From: Mobula hypostoma
Lineage: Eukaryota
Direction of reading: 5' to 3'
Assembly (NCBI RefSeq): GCF_963921235.1
Contig: NC_086108.1
Location: forward strand, 77,192,001 to 77,256,000
Length of the DNA stretch: 64,000 nt
Part shown: one piece after another, positions 51,017 to 64,000 of the stretch
Layout: every line of letters begins with the position of its first letter
How positions within the stretch are numbered: the first letter of the stretch is position 1
The notes under the pieces: model-generated
Told to the model about the DNA's origin: nothing
Database searches by the model: none
Seen by the model: the letters and a program-made list of their open reading frames with translations, nothing else
Translations under genes and position numbers: made by a program

Positions 51017-51748
51017 TGTGATCAAAGTTACCAGAGAGACACTAAAACTGGTGATACTGTGTAGAAGTCTTTATTCCTCACAACAAGCAGGCATTCTCAT
51101 TGAGACACTCAGTAAAGACTCATAAAGGTACATCATATTTATACCCTTAAAATCAAAGGTAACAGTAGGTGATTCAATACAATTTCAATAGTTGCAATGA
51201 CATTGTTTACTTCAGTACTAGGGTTGACAGATGGATCCTTTGAGATACATAGTGGAAGCACATTGTAATTAATAAGACATCTCTGAGGTTCAAACACTTT
51301 GGGAGAAGCTAATTAACACAAATATTCCAAAAGCTTTTGAAGACAGAGAGCGAGACACCCAAAATTAGTGTTGTCAGGGCTGTCTCTGAGTACACTCATA
51401 TTGTAAGTATACAAAAGCTTTTGATTGCCTATACAGGTAACCATGTTTGATATGCTAAGTGACAAAATCTGTCTAGTCTGCCAGCTTGAACTCAAGTAAC
51501 AATGGTGCAAATAATTTAGCCACCTTGCCTGGTTTGATACAAGCCAATTAACACAACCCCATTGCCTTAAAGTTTGGCTGTTGCACATGCAGTCTCTTAG
51601 TCTGTGGGCTAGTTTAACTTCAATTTACTGCTTGCAATTTACAATAAGAACTGAAGGCTAATTGCAAGCATCCTGATCTTATTTGCATTTAAATAAGAAC
51701 TGAAGACTGGTTCTTGTTTGAATTACTATCTGCTATATCCACATAACA
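51017..51748. mobile_element. Possible LTR
   Basis: TGTGA...TAACA ends and a minus-strand AATAAA near 51070. No TSD was found. Confidence 0.4.
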
Positions 51749-54297
51749 CCAGAAAACTTCTTAACAGTTTAATCATTTGTTCTTCATTTTATGATGTTCT
51801 TTTATTAACATATGCTTAGGCAGCCATTTGGTCCATTTACTTGAACAATTATCAACTAATATTCAAAAACCCAGTTACGTACAGTATGAAGCCATATTCC
51901 TTGGAGTCCTGAATAAATCTTTTGATTGAAAGTTGGATAATTTAAAATTTTCCCTGTTGCTGTCAATCTTGAGGTTCATTTAAACTTCTTGAGAATAAGA
52001 CAGAAAATACAAACATTAATACAATTGTGTTACAGCACAATGAAAGTTTACATCCATAGCTGTCTCATTTTTTTTTGCTATAGAGTTGATGGTTTTCAAT
52101 GGTTTTCTCTCCTATCCAATCTAAAGCATGAAAATGTTTTTGTAACTTCAATGGCCAAAACAGATACTGGAGGAATATAGCAAATATTTTATTTTTGTTC
52201 TTTTATGGAGAGTTAAGTTTTGCACAGTATCCATTATTTATCAGAATACTAATTAACAATAGTCTACAAATTTTAGGTGAGGCATGTATTTTATTTAAAG
52301 CAATCAGTCTATTGTATATCAAATTAAATTTATCTAGAAAAAGAAAGATTATTTGAAACAGCAGGACATTACAGTAAACTCTCAACAAAATCAAAGCTAT
52401 TGCCTCAGAAAATTGGTTCAAATAGAGTGAAGTTGCATATCCTTATACATTTTATGTGCATAATATTAATCTCAGTCACTAACAATAATTTGATCACTGA
52501 ACTTGATTAATGAGTCAACCATTTCCACTCACTCTTGATTAATCACTGTCTCCAGATAGTTTAATAGACCCAAACTTTAGATTATACACATCCTTTATGA
52601 AAGAATCAAAAGATGAGAGTTGACTCATTTAATTTCTGTTACTAGAGAAATTTCATCATGATTCCACTTGTCAGTAAGAGAAGCATTTCGAATTGGGTCT
52701 TTTTGATTCAGGATATGCATCAGAAAAGTGACGAATTTTGGTAATGTGATCTGACAAACTGTTTAACAGGGAAAAGCCAGTAAGTTGTTTGGAAAAGCTG
52801 ATCTATTGATAACAACTAGATGATTTGCTGACTGGACTTCTATTCGTGTCAGTTGGACTCTCTCTCCTACTTTGTTTTTCAAGTCAGAGTTTAGGCTGAA
52901 GTAAGATCCCTTCAGTTTATCACTAGTATTATGTTTGGCTGCTCGCCAGATAACAAGAAAAAATGAGTCAGTCTAGATTTCACACACAATTTTTCTTCTG
53001 CATTATTTAATCATCATTTCTGCTCAAACTCAAATGAGTGCAGTAATCTAGCAGAGTTTGTTTTCACACTTTTCCCTTAGAGAACAATGGAAATTACTGT
53101 TAGATGAACTGTTTGACACTAATTGCTGCTCTAGCCTTATCCGTCTCCACACCAGTGAGAGGGTAGCTGATTTTCTGTGCTGAAGGAATTTATGGAAAAT
53201 GTCTGAATGTCAGCTCAGGCCAGAGGTGGAATTCTAGTCTTCAATCACAAATTTGGCAAGAGTGGGATCTGATCGTTGTACATCTGGCTTAGAAGTGTGA
53301 CTGCTGTCACTGAGTCACACAATAATCATGCCTGTCCACTAATTGTCATATTTTATTACTCTAATGACGCAGTTTATGATTTTACTTCACACCTTGTGAA
53401 AGATTAATCAGAAGATGACCAAATAGTAACTTTCTGATCCATTTATTGGTCAATCCAATGGATTAATATGTTTCAAACAATGAAAACTTTATGTCTGAAA
53501 AATAAGATGATGATAGCACTATATATATGTTTGCAAATAGAATTGCCACAAAGTTAAAACATCTACATGACATCAATCATTTTTATGTTGTTCACATCAG
53601 CACAGGAATTTGATTAGGTATGCCTCTGCACGTGTTGCACTTTTGCATTTGACTTGGTCTCCGTGTTAACTTGTGTTATTTCCTGTACACAGCATCTTTT
53701 GGGACATCGTAAGTGAACTTAGACTAAACTGCCCACAGGCTTCACAGTACTAAGTTAAACCCCATATTTATATTGTATTACTTGGGCCTCAGCCCACCTT
53801 GATCAACACTGACTCTAATCTCTTTCACCTTTCAAATTTGTGATCCTTACAACTGCCTTTGGCCTTGAGCACCATTAACTCTTCAAATTCCCCTCCTCCA
53901 AATTTTGGAATGACTAAGCAGCATCCAAAAGCCTGCAAGTTCCGTAGTTATCTGTAATCTCCAACCCATCTACTTACCTGATTGTCACATCCAATTCCAG
54001 ACTTCTGAACACAGGCCTCTATAAGGTATTTCTGGTCCCAATCATGCCACGGTTCTATGTGACACATCATTCTCTCTAAAATAAAATTCATGCTCAGGTG
54101 CTACAGAATTTTGCACGGATGGGATGGTGACTGAAGAGGTTGCTGGTGTTGTGCTGCTGTAGCTATCCTCCGCACCCATTAGCGAACACTAGACTCCTGA
54201 CAATTACATTGCTTAGTGCTTCATCAGAGGAACACTTCTGTTGTACACTCTACCTTCTTCAGCCTATATCCATCCAATCAATTTAGTTAGGCACCCA

Positions 54298-56480
54298 TAG
54301 AGTCACAGAGCAGTATAGCACAGATACAGGCCCTTTGGCCCAACGAGCCCTTGCTGAGTAGAGTGCCTACCTATCTTGTATTTGGCTCATATCCCTCCAT
54401 GCACCCCACTCCATGTACTGATCCAAGTGCACCTTAAATGATGCTATTGTAGCTGCCTCAACCACTTCTTCTTGTAGCTCATATACTGGCCACCTGTGTA
54501 AAAGAATTGGCTCTTAGGTCCCTTTTAAATCTTTCCCCTTTCATCTTAAATCTATGCCCCCAAGTTTTGGTCTCCTCTACCCTGGGGAAAAGGTTGTATA
54601 TATGCCTGTAATAATTTTAAACATTTCTGTCAGGTCACCACTCATTCTCCTGCATTCTAAGGAATAACGACTTACCCTGGCTAACTTCGTCCTTTAACTC
54701 AGGCTCTCTAATCCTGGTGACATCCTCATAAATCTTTTCTTCACTCTTTCCTGTTTAACCACATTTTCCCTTTAACAGGACGACTAAAACTGTACACAGA
54801 ACTCCACGTGTGGCTTCACTAACAACTTAGTCAAGTGCATCAGGAGATTCCAACTCTGATATGCAATGCCCTGACTGATCAAGGCCAGTGTGCTAGAAAC
54901 AACTATTTCATCACACTGTCTACCTGTGATGCTGCTTTCAACAAATTGTGCACTTGCACTCCTAAACCCTTTATTCCATTATTCTCCTTAGTGCCCTACC
55001 ATTCATATTATAAGTCCTGCACTAATTTGAGTTTCGAAAATGAATTATTCATGTTATTTGTATGAAATCCATTTGCCACTTCTTGGCCCATTTCCCTAAC
55101 TGATCAAGATCCCTTTGTAATATACGATAACTTCTTCACTACCAGTAACACCTTCTAAATTTGCATCACCCACAAATTTACTGATCAAGCTTTGTACATT
55201 TGTATTCAAATTATTTATATAAATAATAAATAATGAAGGACCCAACACCAACCCCTCCGCATACCACTAGTCACCAGGCTCCATTCCCAGAAGCAACTTT
55301 CAAACACTATCCTCTGACCCAATTTTAAATCCACCTAAATAGGTCCCCCAGAATTCTATGGGACTTAATCTTATAGGTAAGCCTGCCATGTGGGCCTTGT
55401 CAAAGGCCTTCCTACAGTCCAAATAGACAACATATATTGCCCTACCCTCATATACCAGTTTGGTTACTTCTTCAAAATATTCTAAAAGGTTTGTCATGCA
55501 CAAAATCATGCTGACTGCTCCTAGTCAGATTCTGTCTGTCCAAATGCTCCCTCAGAATCCTTCAGAATTCTTTCCAGTAACATCTCCACTAATAATGCCA
55601 GGCCCAGCAGCTTGTCATTTTCTGGCTTGTCCTTGCTACCTTTTTAAACAACAGAACATCAGTCACCGTCCAGTCTTTAGGAGCTTCACCAGCAGTTAAC
55701 AATGAAGCAAATATATCCACAATTTCCTCTCTGGTTCCCCAAAGTCCAAAGAAGCACTTGGCCATGGCCTTGGGGATTTATCCAGTTTACTGCACTCTAA
55801 AGCTACATATACTTCCTCTCAGGTAATACGAATGGTCTCCACAACATCTTTACTTGCTTCTCCTATCTCAAGAGCAACCAAGATCTTCTCATCAGTAAAC
55901 GATGAGGGGAAATATTGGTTAAAACTCCCACCCATCTCCTGTGGTTCAAGACATAAGCAGATGAAACAGATAATCTCTAAGGGCAGCTACTCTCTCCCGA
56001 GCCACTTTTTTACTCATAATATAGCTGAACAACCTCTTGGGACTCCAAAACCGTACATGCCAGTTCTATCTTTACTATCACTTTGCACTCCTGATTTTCC
56101 TCTTAAGAGAATTCTTAATTTTCTTGTGGCCATCAAGGTACTCACTTGATTCCAGCCTTCTAATCCCAATGTATGATTCCTTCTTTTTCTTGATCTTCAA
56201 TATCTTTCATCAGTCAAGGTTCCTCAAACTTTCCAGGTTTACCCTTCATCTTAACAGGAACAAACCACTCCTGGCCACTTGATATGATTCCTAAAAGCTT
56301 CCCCTTACTTAACACTCATTCCTTTCCATTCAAAGAGGCTCATCCAATTGATCTCTGCTTAATCCTATCTAATTCTCCCTAAGTCAGCCCTGGTCCAGTT
56401 TAGGACACTAACTGTGGACCTATCCTACCCTTCTCCATCACTATTTTAAACTAATAGAATTATGGTCATTAGTACAGAAG
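54298..56480 (-). mobile_element. Old CR1 LINE fragment
   Basis: CMTNLLEYFEEVTKLVYEGRAIYVVYLDCRKAFDKAH remnant, with a CR1-type 3' end at about 54300. Confidence 0.85.
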
Positions 56481-57198
56481 TAACTTTTATGTTTATTTTT
56501 CTCATTGAGATACAGCGTGGAATAGGCCCTTCTGGGACTTTGAGCCATGCTGACAGCAATCCTAGCTGAACACTGGACATTTTACAAAGTAAAAATTGAC
56601 TTATCAACTAGTACATTTTTGGATTATGGGAGGAAACCGGAGCACCCAGAACGGTCATGGAGAGAATGTACAAGCTCTTTACAGACAGCAGCGAGAATTG
56701 AACCTGGGTCACCTGTACTGTAAAGTGTTTTGCTAACCACTAAGCTACCAAGCTGCCCTGCTTGCCCTACATTGTTTGCTTAGAGGAGGTCCAAAATTGC
56801 TGCCATCTGAACAGGGCAGGAGCCCTAATGGCTCAATATCAGTGGAACTTTTAAATGAAGCTAGTTACAACAGTATAATTTCATCTGTTTTTCAGTGATT
56901 CTTTACTCCTAGGCTAACATTGTTTTGACAATTTGAACAATGAGAATACATTTGTTTGACATCACTAAATATATTTTAACATGGCACACCCCTAGGTAAT
57001 TATATTACAATGGACTACGTACAGCACAAAAACAACTTTCTAACTATTTCTAACCAGAAAAGAAGTTGAGGTAGGGAGGGACAAGCAATAAATAATGTTG
57101 CTTTTTTTGAGGGCATTGAAGACAGGGGCTCTAAACCTTTCTTAATGCCATGGACCCCCTACCATTAACCGAGGGGTCTGTGGACCTCAGGTTAGGAA

Positions 57199-60135
57199 CA
57201 GAAACATAGAAAACCTACAGCACAATACAGGCCCTTCGGCCCACAAATTTGTGCAAAACATGTCCCTACCTTAGAAATTATTAGAGTTACCCATAGCCGT
57301 CTATTTTTCTAAGCTCCGTGTACCTATCCAAAAGTCTCTTAAAAGACCCCATCGTATCCACCTCCTCCACCATTTCTGGCAGCCCATTCCACGCACTCAC
57401 CACTCTCTGTGTAAAAAACTTACCCCTGACATCTCCTCTGTACCTGCTCCCAAACACCTTAAACCTGTGCCCTTTTGTGGCAGCCATTTCAGCCCTGGGA
57501 AAAAGCCTCTGACTATTCACATGATCAATGCCTCTCATCATCTTATACACCTCTATCAGGTCATCTCTCATCCCACTCCAAGGAGAAAAGGCCGAGTTCA
57601 CTCAACCTGTTTTCATAAGGCATGCTCCCCAATCCAGGCAACATCCTTGTACATCTCCTCTGCACCCTTTCTATGGCTTCCACATCCATCCTGTAGTGAG
57701 GCAACCAGAACTGAGCACAGTATTCCAAGTGTGGTCTGACCAGGGTCCTACATAGCTGCAACATTACCTCTCGGCTCCTAAATTCAATTCCACGATTGAT
57801 GAAGGCCAATACATCGTATGCCTTCTTAAGCACAGAGTCAACCTGCCAGGTGCTTTGAGTGTCCTATGGACTTGGACCTCAAGATCTATCTGATCCTCCA
57901 CACTGCCAAGAGTCTTACCATTAATACTATATTCTGTCATCACATTTGACCTACCAAAATGAACCACTTCACATTTATCTGGGTTGAACTCCATCTGCCA
58001 CTTCTCAGCCCAGTTTTGCATCCTATCAATGTCTCTCTGCAAACTCTGACAGCCCTCTACACAATCCACAACACCCCCAACCTTTGTGTCATCAGCAAAT
58101 GTACTAACCCATCCCTCCACTTCCTCATCCAGGTCATTTATAAAAATCACGAAGAGTAAGGGTCCCATAACAGATCCCTGAGGCACACCACTGGTCACCG
58201 ACCTCCATGCAGAATATGACCCCTCTACAACGACTCTTTGTCTTCTGTGGGTAAGCCAGTTCTGGATCCACAAAGCAATGTCCCCTTGGATCCCATGCCT
58301 CCTTAATTTCTCAATAAGCCTTGCATGGTGTACCTTATCAAATGCCTTGCTGAAATCCATATACACTGTATCTACTGCTCTTCCTTCATCAATGTGTTTA
58401 GTCACATCCTGAAAAAATTCAATCAGGCACGACCTACTCTTGATAGAGCCATGCTGACTATTCCTAATCATATTATATCTCTCCAAATGTTCATAACTCC
58501 TGCCTCTCAGGATCTTCTCCATCAACTTACCAACCACTGAAGTAAGACTCACTGGTCTATAATTTCCTGGGCTATCTCTACTCCCTTTCTTGAATAAGGG
58601 AACAACATCCACAACCCTCCAATCCTCTGGAACCTCTCCCGTTCCCATTGATGATGCAAAGATCATCGCCAGAGGCTCAGCAATCTCCTCCCTTGCCTTG
58701 CGCGGTAGCCTGGGGTACATCTCATCCGGTCCAGGCGACTTATCCAACTTGATGCTTTCCAAAAGTTCCAGCACATCCTCTTTCTTAATATCTCCATGTT
58801 CAAGCTTTTCAGTCCACTGCAAGTGATCACTACAATTACCAAGATCCTTTTCCATAGTGAATACTGAAGTAAAGTATTCATTAAGTACCTCTGCTATTTC
58901 CTCCGGTTCCATACACAATTTCCCACTCTCACACTTGATAGGTCCTATTCTTTCATGTCTTATCCTCTTGCTCTTCACATACTTGTAGAATTCCTTGGAG
59001 CTTTCCTTAATCCTGTCCCCCAAGGCCTTCTCATGGCCCCTTCTGGCTCTCCTAATTTCCTTCCTAAGCTCCTTCTTGTTAGCCTTATAATCTTCTAGAT
59101 CTCTAATATTACCTAGCTCGCTGAACCTTTCGTAAGCTTTTCTTTTCTTCTTGACTAGATTTACTGCAGCCTTTGTACACCATAGTTCCTGTACCCTACC
59201 ATAACTTCCCTGTCTCATTGGAATGTATCTATGCAGAACTTCACACAAATATCCCCTGAACACTTGTCATATTTCTTCTGTACCTTTCCCTGAGAACATC
59301 TGTTCCCAGTTTAAGCTTCCAAGTTCCTGCCTGATAGCCTCATAATTCCCCTTACTCCAATTAAATGCTTTTCTAACTTGTCTGTTCCTATCTCTCTCCA
59401 ATGCTATTGTAAAGGAGATAGAATTACGATCACTATCTCCAAAATGCTCTCCCACTGAGAGATCTGACACCTGACCAGGTTCATTTCCCAATACCAAATC
59501 AAGTACAGACTCTCTTCTTGTAGGCTTATCTACATATTGTGTCAAGAAACCTTCCTGAACACACCTAACAAACTCCACCCCATCTAAACCCCTTGCTCTA
59601 GGGAGATGCCAATCGATATTAGGGGAATTAAAATCTCCCACCATGACAACTCTGTTATTATTACAACTTTCCAGGATCTGTTTCCCTACCTGCTCCCTGA
59701 TATCCCTGTTACTATTGGGCGGCCTATAAAAAAACACCCAGTAGAGTTATTGACCCCTTCCTGTTCCTAACCTCCACCCACAGAGACTCTGTAGACAATC
59801 CCTCCATGATGTCCACCTTTTCTGCAGCCATGACACTATCCCTGATCAGCAGTGCCACACCCCCACCTCTTTTGCCTCCCTCCCTGTCCTTTCTGAAATA
59901 TCTAAAACCCAGCACTTGAAGTAACCATTCCTGTCCCTGAGCCATCCAGGTCTCTGTAATGGCCACCACATCATAGCTCAAAGTACTGATCCACGCTCTA
60001 AGCTCATCCGCATTGTTCACAATACTCCTTGCGTTAAAATAGATGCATCTCAAACCGTTGGTCTGAGCACGTTCCTTCTTTATCACCTGCCTATCCTCCC
60101 TCACACACTGTCTCCAAGCTTCCACTATCTGTGAA
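57199..60135 (-). mobile_element. CR1 LINE of a second family, nearly complete ORF2 with frameshifts and a stop, lacking ORF1
   Basis: EN (YFNARS, AITETW, YRPP, VGDFN) and RT (YMDFSKAFD, FADDTK) are spread over ORFs 59724-60125, 59267-59737, 57764-59263, 57561-57833 and 57287-57601. Candidate TSD AGGAA, inserted in the end of a MITE. Confidence 0.93.
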
Positions 60136-60904
60136 AGGAATGCCCGATCTATGACAATCTAATGCATTGAAGAAGATTTTAAGTATGTGGTTTGTGTCTG
60201 AGGCAGCGTTAAACAGATAGCTGAACTATAGATGACCTTTGCTGATGCCACAATAGGAATTGGAAAAGGTATTTAAAAAATATGAGCGTGAACAATATCC
60301 CATTTTGCTATATTGTCATCCTTCATTTACAGTAACTAAGCATAAAATGTTGAATAATACTACTTACGTAATAATAATCGGATTTATCTGAAAAGAAAAC
60401 CAGACTGACTATACTGCACAAACATTGTTCTGCTTAATGGTATGCAGTCAGGAACGTGCTATCTTTACCACTGTTCTTGCACTTCTTCCATTGGACGATC
60501 CAGCTGTATCTTCAGCAAGTCTTTTGTCAAGGCAGCTATGTAAATCAGATTCAGAATCACTGACTTATCTGACATGAAATGTGTTGATTTGTGGCAGGGG
60601 TACAGTATAAAGACATAAAATTACTATAAATCGCAAAATAAATAAAAAATGGAAAGGATAATAATAAGGAAGTTCATGGGTTCGTAGGCACTCATAACTC
60701 AGGCAGAGGGAAAGAGTTGTTTCTAAATCATTGAGTGTGGAACTTTTCGGCTCCTGTAATTCATTCCTAATATATTAATGAGAAGGAGGCATGTTACAGA
60801 TGGTGAGGATCCTAGGAGAAGGCATCCAAAGATTTGTTTACATGTTTGTATATAGAAAAGAAAGAAAATTTATGCATTTCATAGTAAAATGAAGGTTTTT
60901 CTTA

Positions 60905-61645
60905 ACCATAAGACATAGGAGGAGTATTAGGCTATTCAGCCCATCGAGTCTACTCCATATTCCACCTGGCTGATATATTATCCCTTTCATCAACATTCTC
61001 CTGCCTTCTCTTTGTAACCTTTGATGCTCTTACTAATCAACCTCCACTTTAAAGATACCAAATGACTTAGCCACCACAGCCATCTGTGGCAATCAATTTC
61101 ACAGATGCACCGCCCTCTGTCTAAGGAAATTCCTCCTGACTCTGTTTTAAGGTGACATCCTTCCATTTTGAGTCTGTGTCCTCTGGTCCTAGTTTCTCAA
61201 CTAATGGAAACCTTCGCTCCACTCTATCTAGGCCTTTCAATATTTGATGTTTTACTGAGAATTCCGCCCCCAATCCTTTAAAACTTCAACGTACAGTATA
61301 GTCCCAGACTCATCAAATATTCCTCATATATTAACCCTTTTATCACCAGGATCATTCTTGTAAACCTTTGATGAATCCTCTCTAATACCAGTACATTCTT
61401 CTTAGATATGTGCCCAAAACTGCTCACAATACTCCATGTAGTTTGACCAATGCTCTATAAAGCCTCAGCGTTACACCTTTGCTTTTATATTCTAGTCCCC
61501 TCAAAATGAATGCTAGTATTGCATTTACCTTTGTTACCACTGACTCAACCTGCAGAAGGAATGACAGGCATCTCCTATTTCTGAATTCTCTCCCTATTTA
61601 GAAAATGTCTACGTGTTTATTCCTTCTACCAAAGTGCATGACCTA
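60905..61645 (-). mobile_element. Old CR1 3' fragment
   Basis: Tail CATAAGACATAGGAG and remnants of CR1 ORF2 C-terminal motifs. Confidence 0.8.
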
Positions 61646-61647
61646 TA

Positions 61648-63930
61648 CAGTACTGTGGAAAAGTCTTAGGCACCCTAGGTTTTAAAATAAATTTAATCTT
61701 AGGTCTTGTTTGTCTTCTGCGGTAGTATGTCAGTAGAAAAGAGCAATTTTTAGATTTCCAAACATTTATTTTCCAATACATTTAATATTACAGAGAAATT
61801 TTTGCATTTTGTTCAAGAAGGTAACATATTAAGTAATAGGCTACTTTGTAGATAAAAACTTGATTACTTTGTAGGTATGTAGCCCAGTGTGTGATTAAAC
61901 AAAGATAACAAACAGGTGCTAATGAGTTGAGAGAAAAACAGGTGTAGAAGGAATCAGAATCAGGTTTATTATCACTGGCATGTGACGTGAAATTTGTTAA
62001 CTTAGCAGCAGCAGTTCAATGCAGTACATAATCTAGCAGAGAGAGAAAAAATAATAAATAAAATAAAACATAATAAATAAACAAGTAAATCAATTACGTA
62101 TATTGAATAGATTTTTAAAAAATGTGCAAACAAAAATACTGTATATTAAAAAAAAGTGAGGTAGTGTCCAAAGCTTCAATGTCCATTTAGGAATCAGATG
62201 GCAGAGGGGAAGAAGCTGTTCCTGAATCTCTGAGTGTGTGCCTTCAGGCTTCTGTACCTCCTACCTGATGGTAACAATGAGAAAAGGGCATGCCCTGGGT
62301 GCTGGAGGTCCTTAACAATGGACGCTTCCTTTCTGAGAAACTGTTCCCTAAAGATGTCCTGGGTACTTTGTAGGCTAGTACCCAAGATGGAGATGACTAG
62401 ATTTACAACTTTCTGCAGCTTCTTTCGGTCCTGTGCAGTAGCCCCTCCACACGAGACAGTGATGCAGCCTGTCAGAATGCTCTCCACGGTACAACTATAG
62501 AAGTTTTTGAGCGTATTTATTGACATGCCAAATTGCTTTAAACTCCTAATAAAGTATAGCCACTGTCTTGGCTTCTTTATGACTACATAAATATGTTGGG
62601 ACTAGGTTAGACCCTCAGAGATCTTGACACGCAGGAACTTGAAGCTGCTCACTCTCTCCACTTCTGATCCCTCTATGAGGATTGGTATGTGTTCCTTCAT
62701 CTTACCCTTCCTGAAATCTACAGTCAACTCTTCCGTCTTACTGATGTTGAGTACCAGGTTGTTGCTGTGGCACCATTCCACTAGTTGGCATATCTCACTC
62801 CTGTACACCCTCAAAGTGGATGAAGGACAACTGGACAAGTTGAGGGTGTGGCAGATGTGATAGTTTAATCTTCAGATCATCAATTCACACTACGGCAAGA
62901 ACGAGCAGAGCAACAAGACACAATGGGATTATCCTGCTTCAGAAAGGTCTCTCCAAAGCAGAATTTTTGTGGTAGATAGGAGTTTCAAAGTGTGTTGTCC
63001 AAGCTCTTCTGAAGAAGTGCAAAGAAACAGGCAAGGTTGAGAATCAGAAATACAGTGGTCAGTCACATAAACTGAATGCAGCAGACAAGAGATACATCAA
63101 ACTAAAGTCCCTTCTAAACTGGAAGAAGTTCAGCACTTCCATCAGCTCTGAACTCACAGAAACCACTGGAACCCAAATATACCCCTCTACATTCTGGAGA
63201 AGTCTTGTCTGAAGTGGTCTTCATGGAAGAGTTGTTGCCAAAAAGTAATTCCTCTGAAGTGGAAACAAAGCCAAGATACTCACCTATGCACAAAAATACA
63301 AGGGCCGGAGTGCTGAACAATGGCAGCAAGTGTTCTGGACTGACGAGCTAAAATTTGAAAATTTGGCTCAAACAGGAGGCATCTTTTCTTTAAAAGAGCT
63401 AGAGAGTACTACCTGAATGAGTGTCTGCAGCCAACAGTGAAGCATGGTAGAGGTTCTCTGCAGGTTTGAGGCTGCATTTTTGCAAATGGAGTTGGTGATC
63501 TGATTAGAATTAATGGAATCCTCAATTGTGAAAAGTACAAGTAGATTCTCATCCAACATGCCTTTCCATTGGGGAGGCGTCTGATTGGTTCTAACTTCAG
63601 GCCAATGATCCCAAAGACGTGGCCAAGGTCATAAAGAACTGTCTTCAGCAAAAAAGCAGAACAAGGAGTTCTGCAACAGATGGTATGGCCTCCACAGAGC
63701 CCTGATCTCAACACCATCGAGTCTGTATGGGATTACCTGAAGAAACAAAAGCAAGCAAGAGAGCCAAAGTTTGCAAAAGAACTGTAACAAGTTCTCCAAG
63801 ATGTGTCAAAGAGCCTATCAGCTGATTTTCTTATAAAACAGCATGATACTGTAGCTAAGAGAATTGATGCAGTTGTAAAGGTAAAAGATGGTCACTTCAA
63901 ATGTTGATTTTGATTTAGTTTTTTACTATT
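61648..63930 (+). mobile_element. Degenerate Tc1 transposon interrupted by a LINE
   Basis: TA|CAGTACTGTGGAAAAGTCTTAGGCAC left end. Transposase remnants WTDE.KFEI, KHGRGSLQV, NDPK and WPPQSPDLNTIESVW at about 63330-63740. The right TIR was not seen. Confidence 0.85.
61952..62810 (-). mobile_element. Rex1/Babar-type LINE 3' fragment
   Basis: LVEWCHSNNLVLNISKTEEL.VDFRK..ESILTGCITV..HPGHALFSLLPSGRRYRSL..FRNSFFP, with tail AATAAACCTGATTCTGATTC. Confidence 0.88.
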
Positions 63931-64000
63931 CATGACCACAATGTTCTGGTGAAACCTTTCACCATGTTTGACATTGACACTGCCAATATTTGCAGGGAAG

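Noticed and set aside
1..64000. Host protein-coding exons, tRNA or rRNA genes
   Set aside because: None were recognisable. Short exons cannot be excluded without RNA-seq or homology searches.

Overview
Eukaryotic, transposon-saturated DNA with no recognisable host exon, RNA gene or CRISPR array. The repeat content (CR1 LINEs with (TTTCTATG)n-type tails, V-SINE/HE1-like and Deu-like SINEs, abundant Penelope tails) suggests a cartilaginous fish intron or intergenic region (inference). It holds a nearly intact full-length CR1 (about 20968-25350, minus strand), two truncated siblings, other CR1 families, and Penelope, L2, Rex1/Babar, HERO-like and R4/Dong-like elements. It also holds a two-LTR Gypsy element, solo LTRs, two non-autonomous Tigger/pogo elements and a Tc1. 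The most interesting signal is the ORF1/ORF2 junction of the full-length CR1. ORF2 has no AUG before its endonuclease domain, lies in the -1 frame, and overlaps ORF1 by 16 nt. That overlap contains an in-phase U_UUA_AAC slippery heptamer directly before the ORF1 stop, followed by a G-rich tract, so this is a candidate programmed -1 ribosomal frameshift. Other points are decayed minimal hammerhead ribozymes in the Penelope tails, a four-level nested insertion stack, a long palindrome inside the Tigger family and a 94-bp duplication flanking an LTR fragment. Family calls come from motif recognition by eye, and boundaries of old repeats are approximate.
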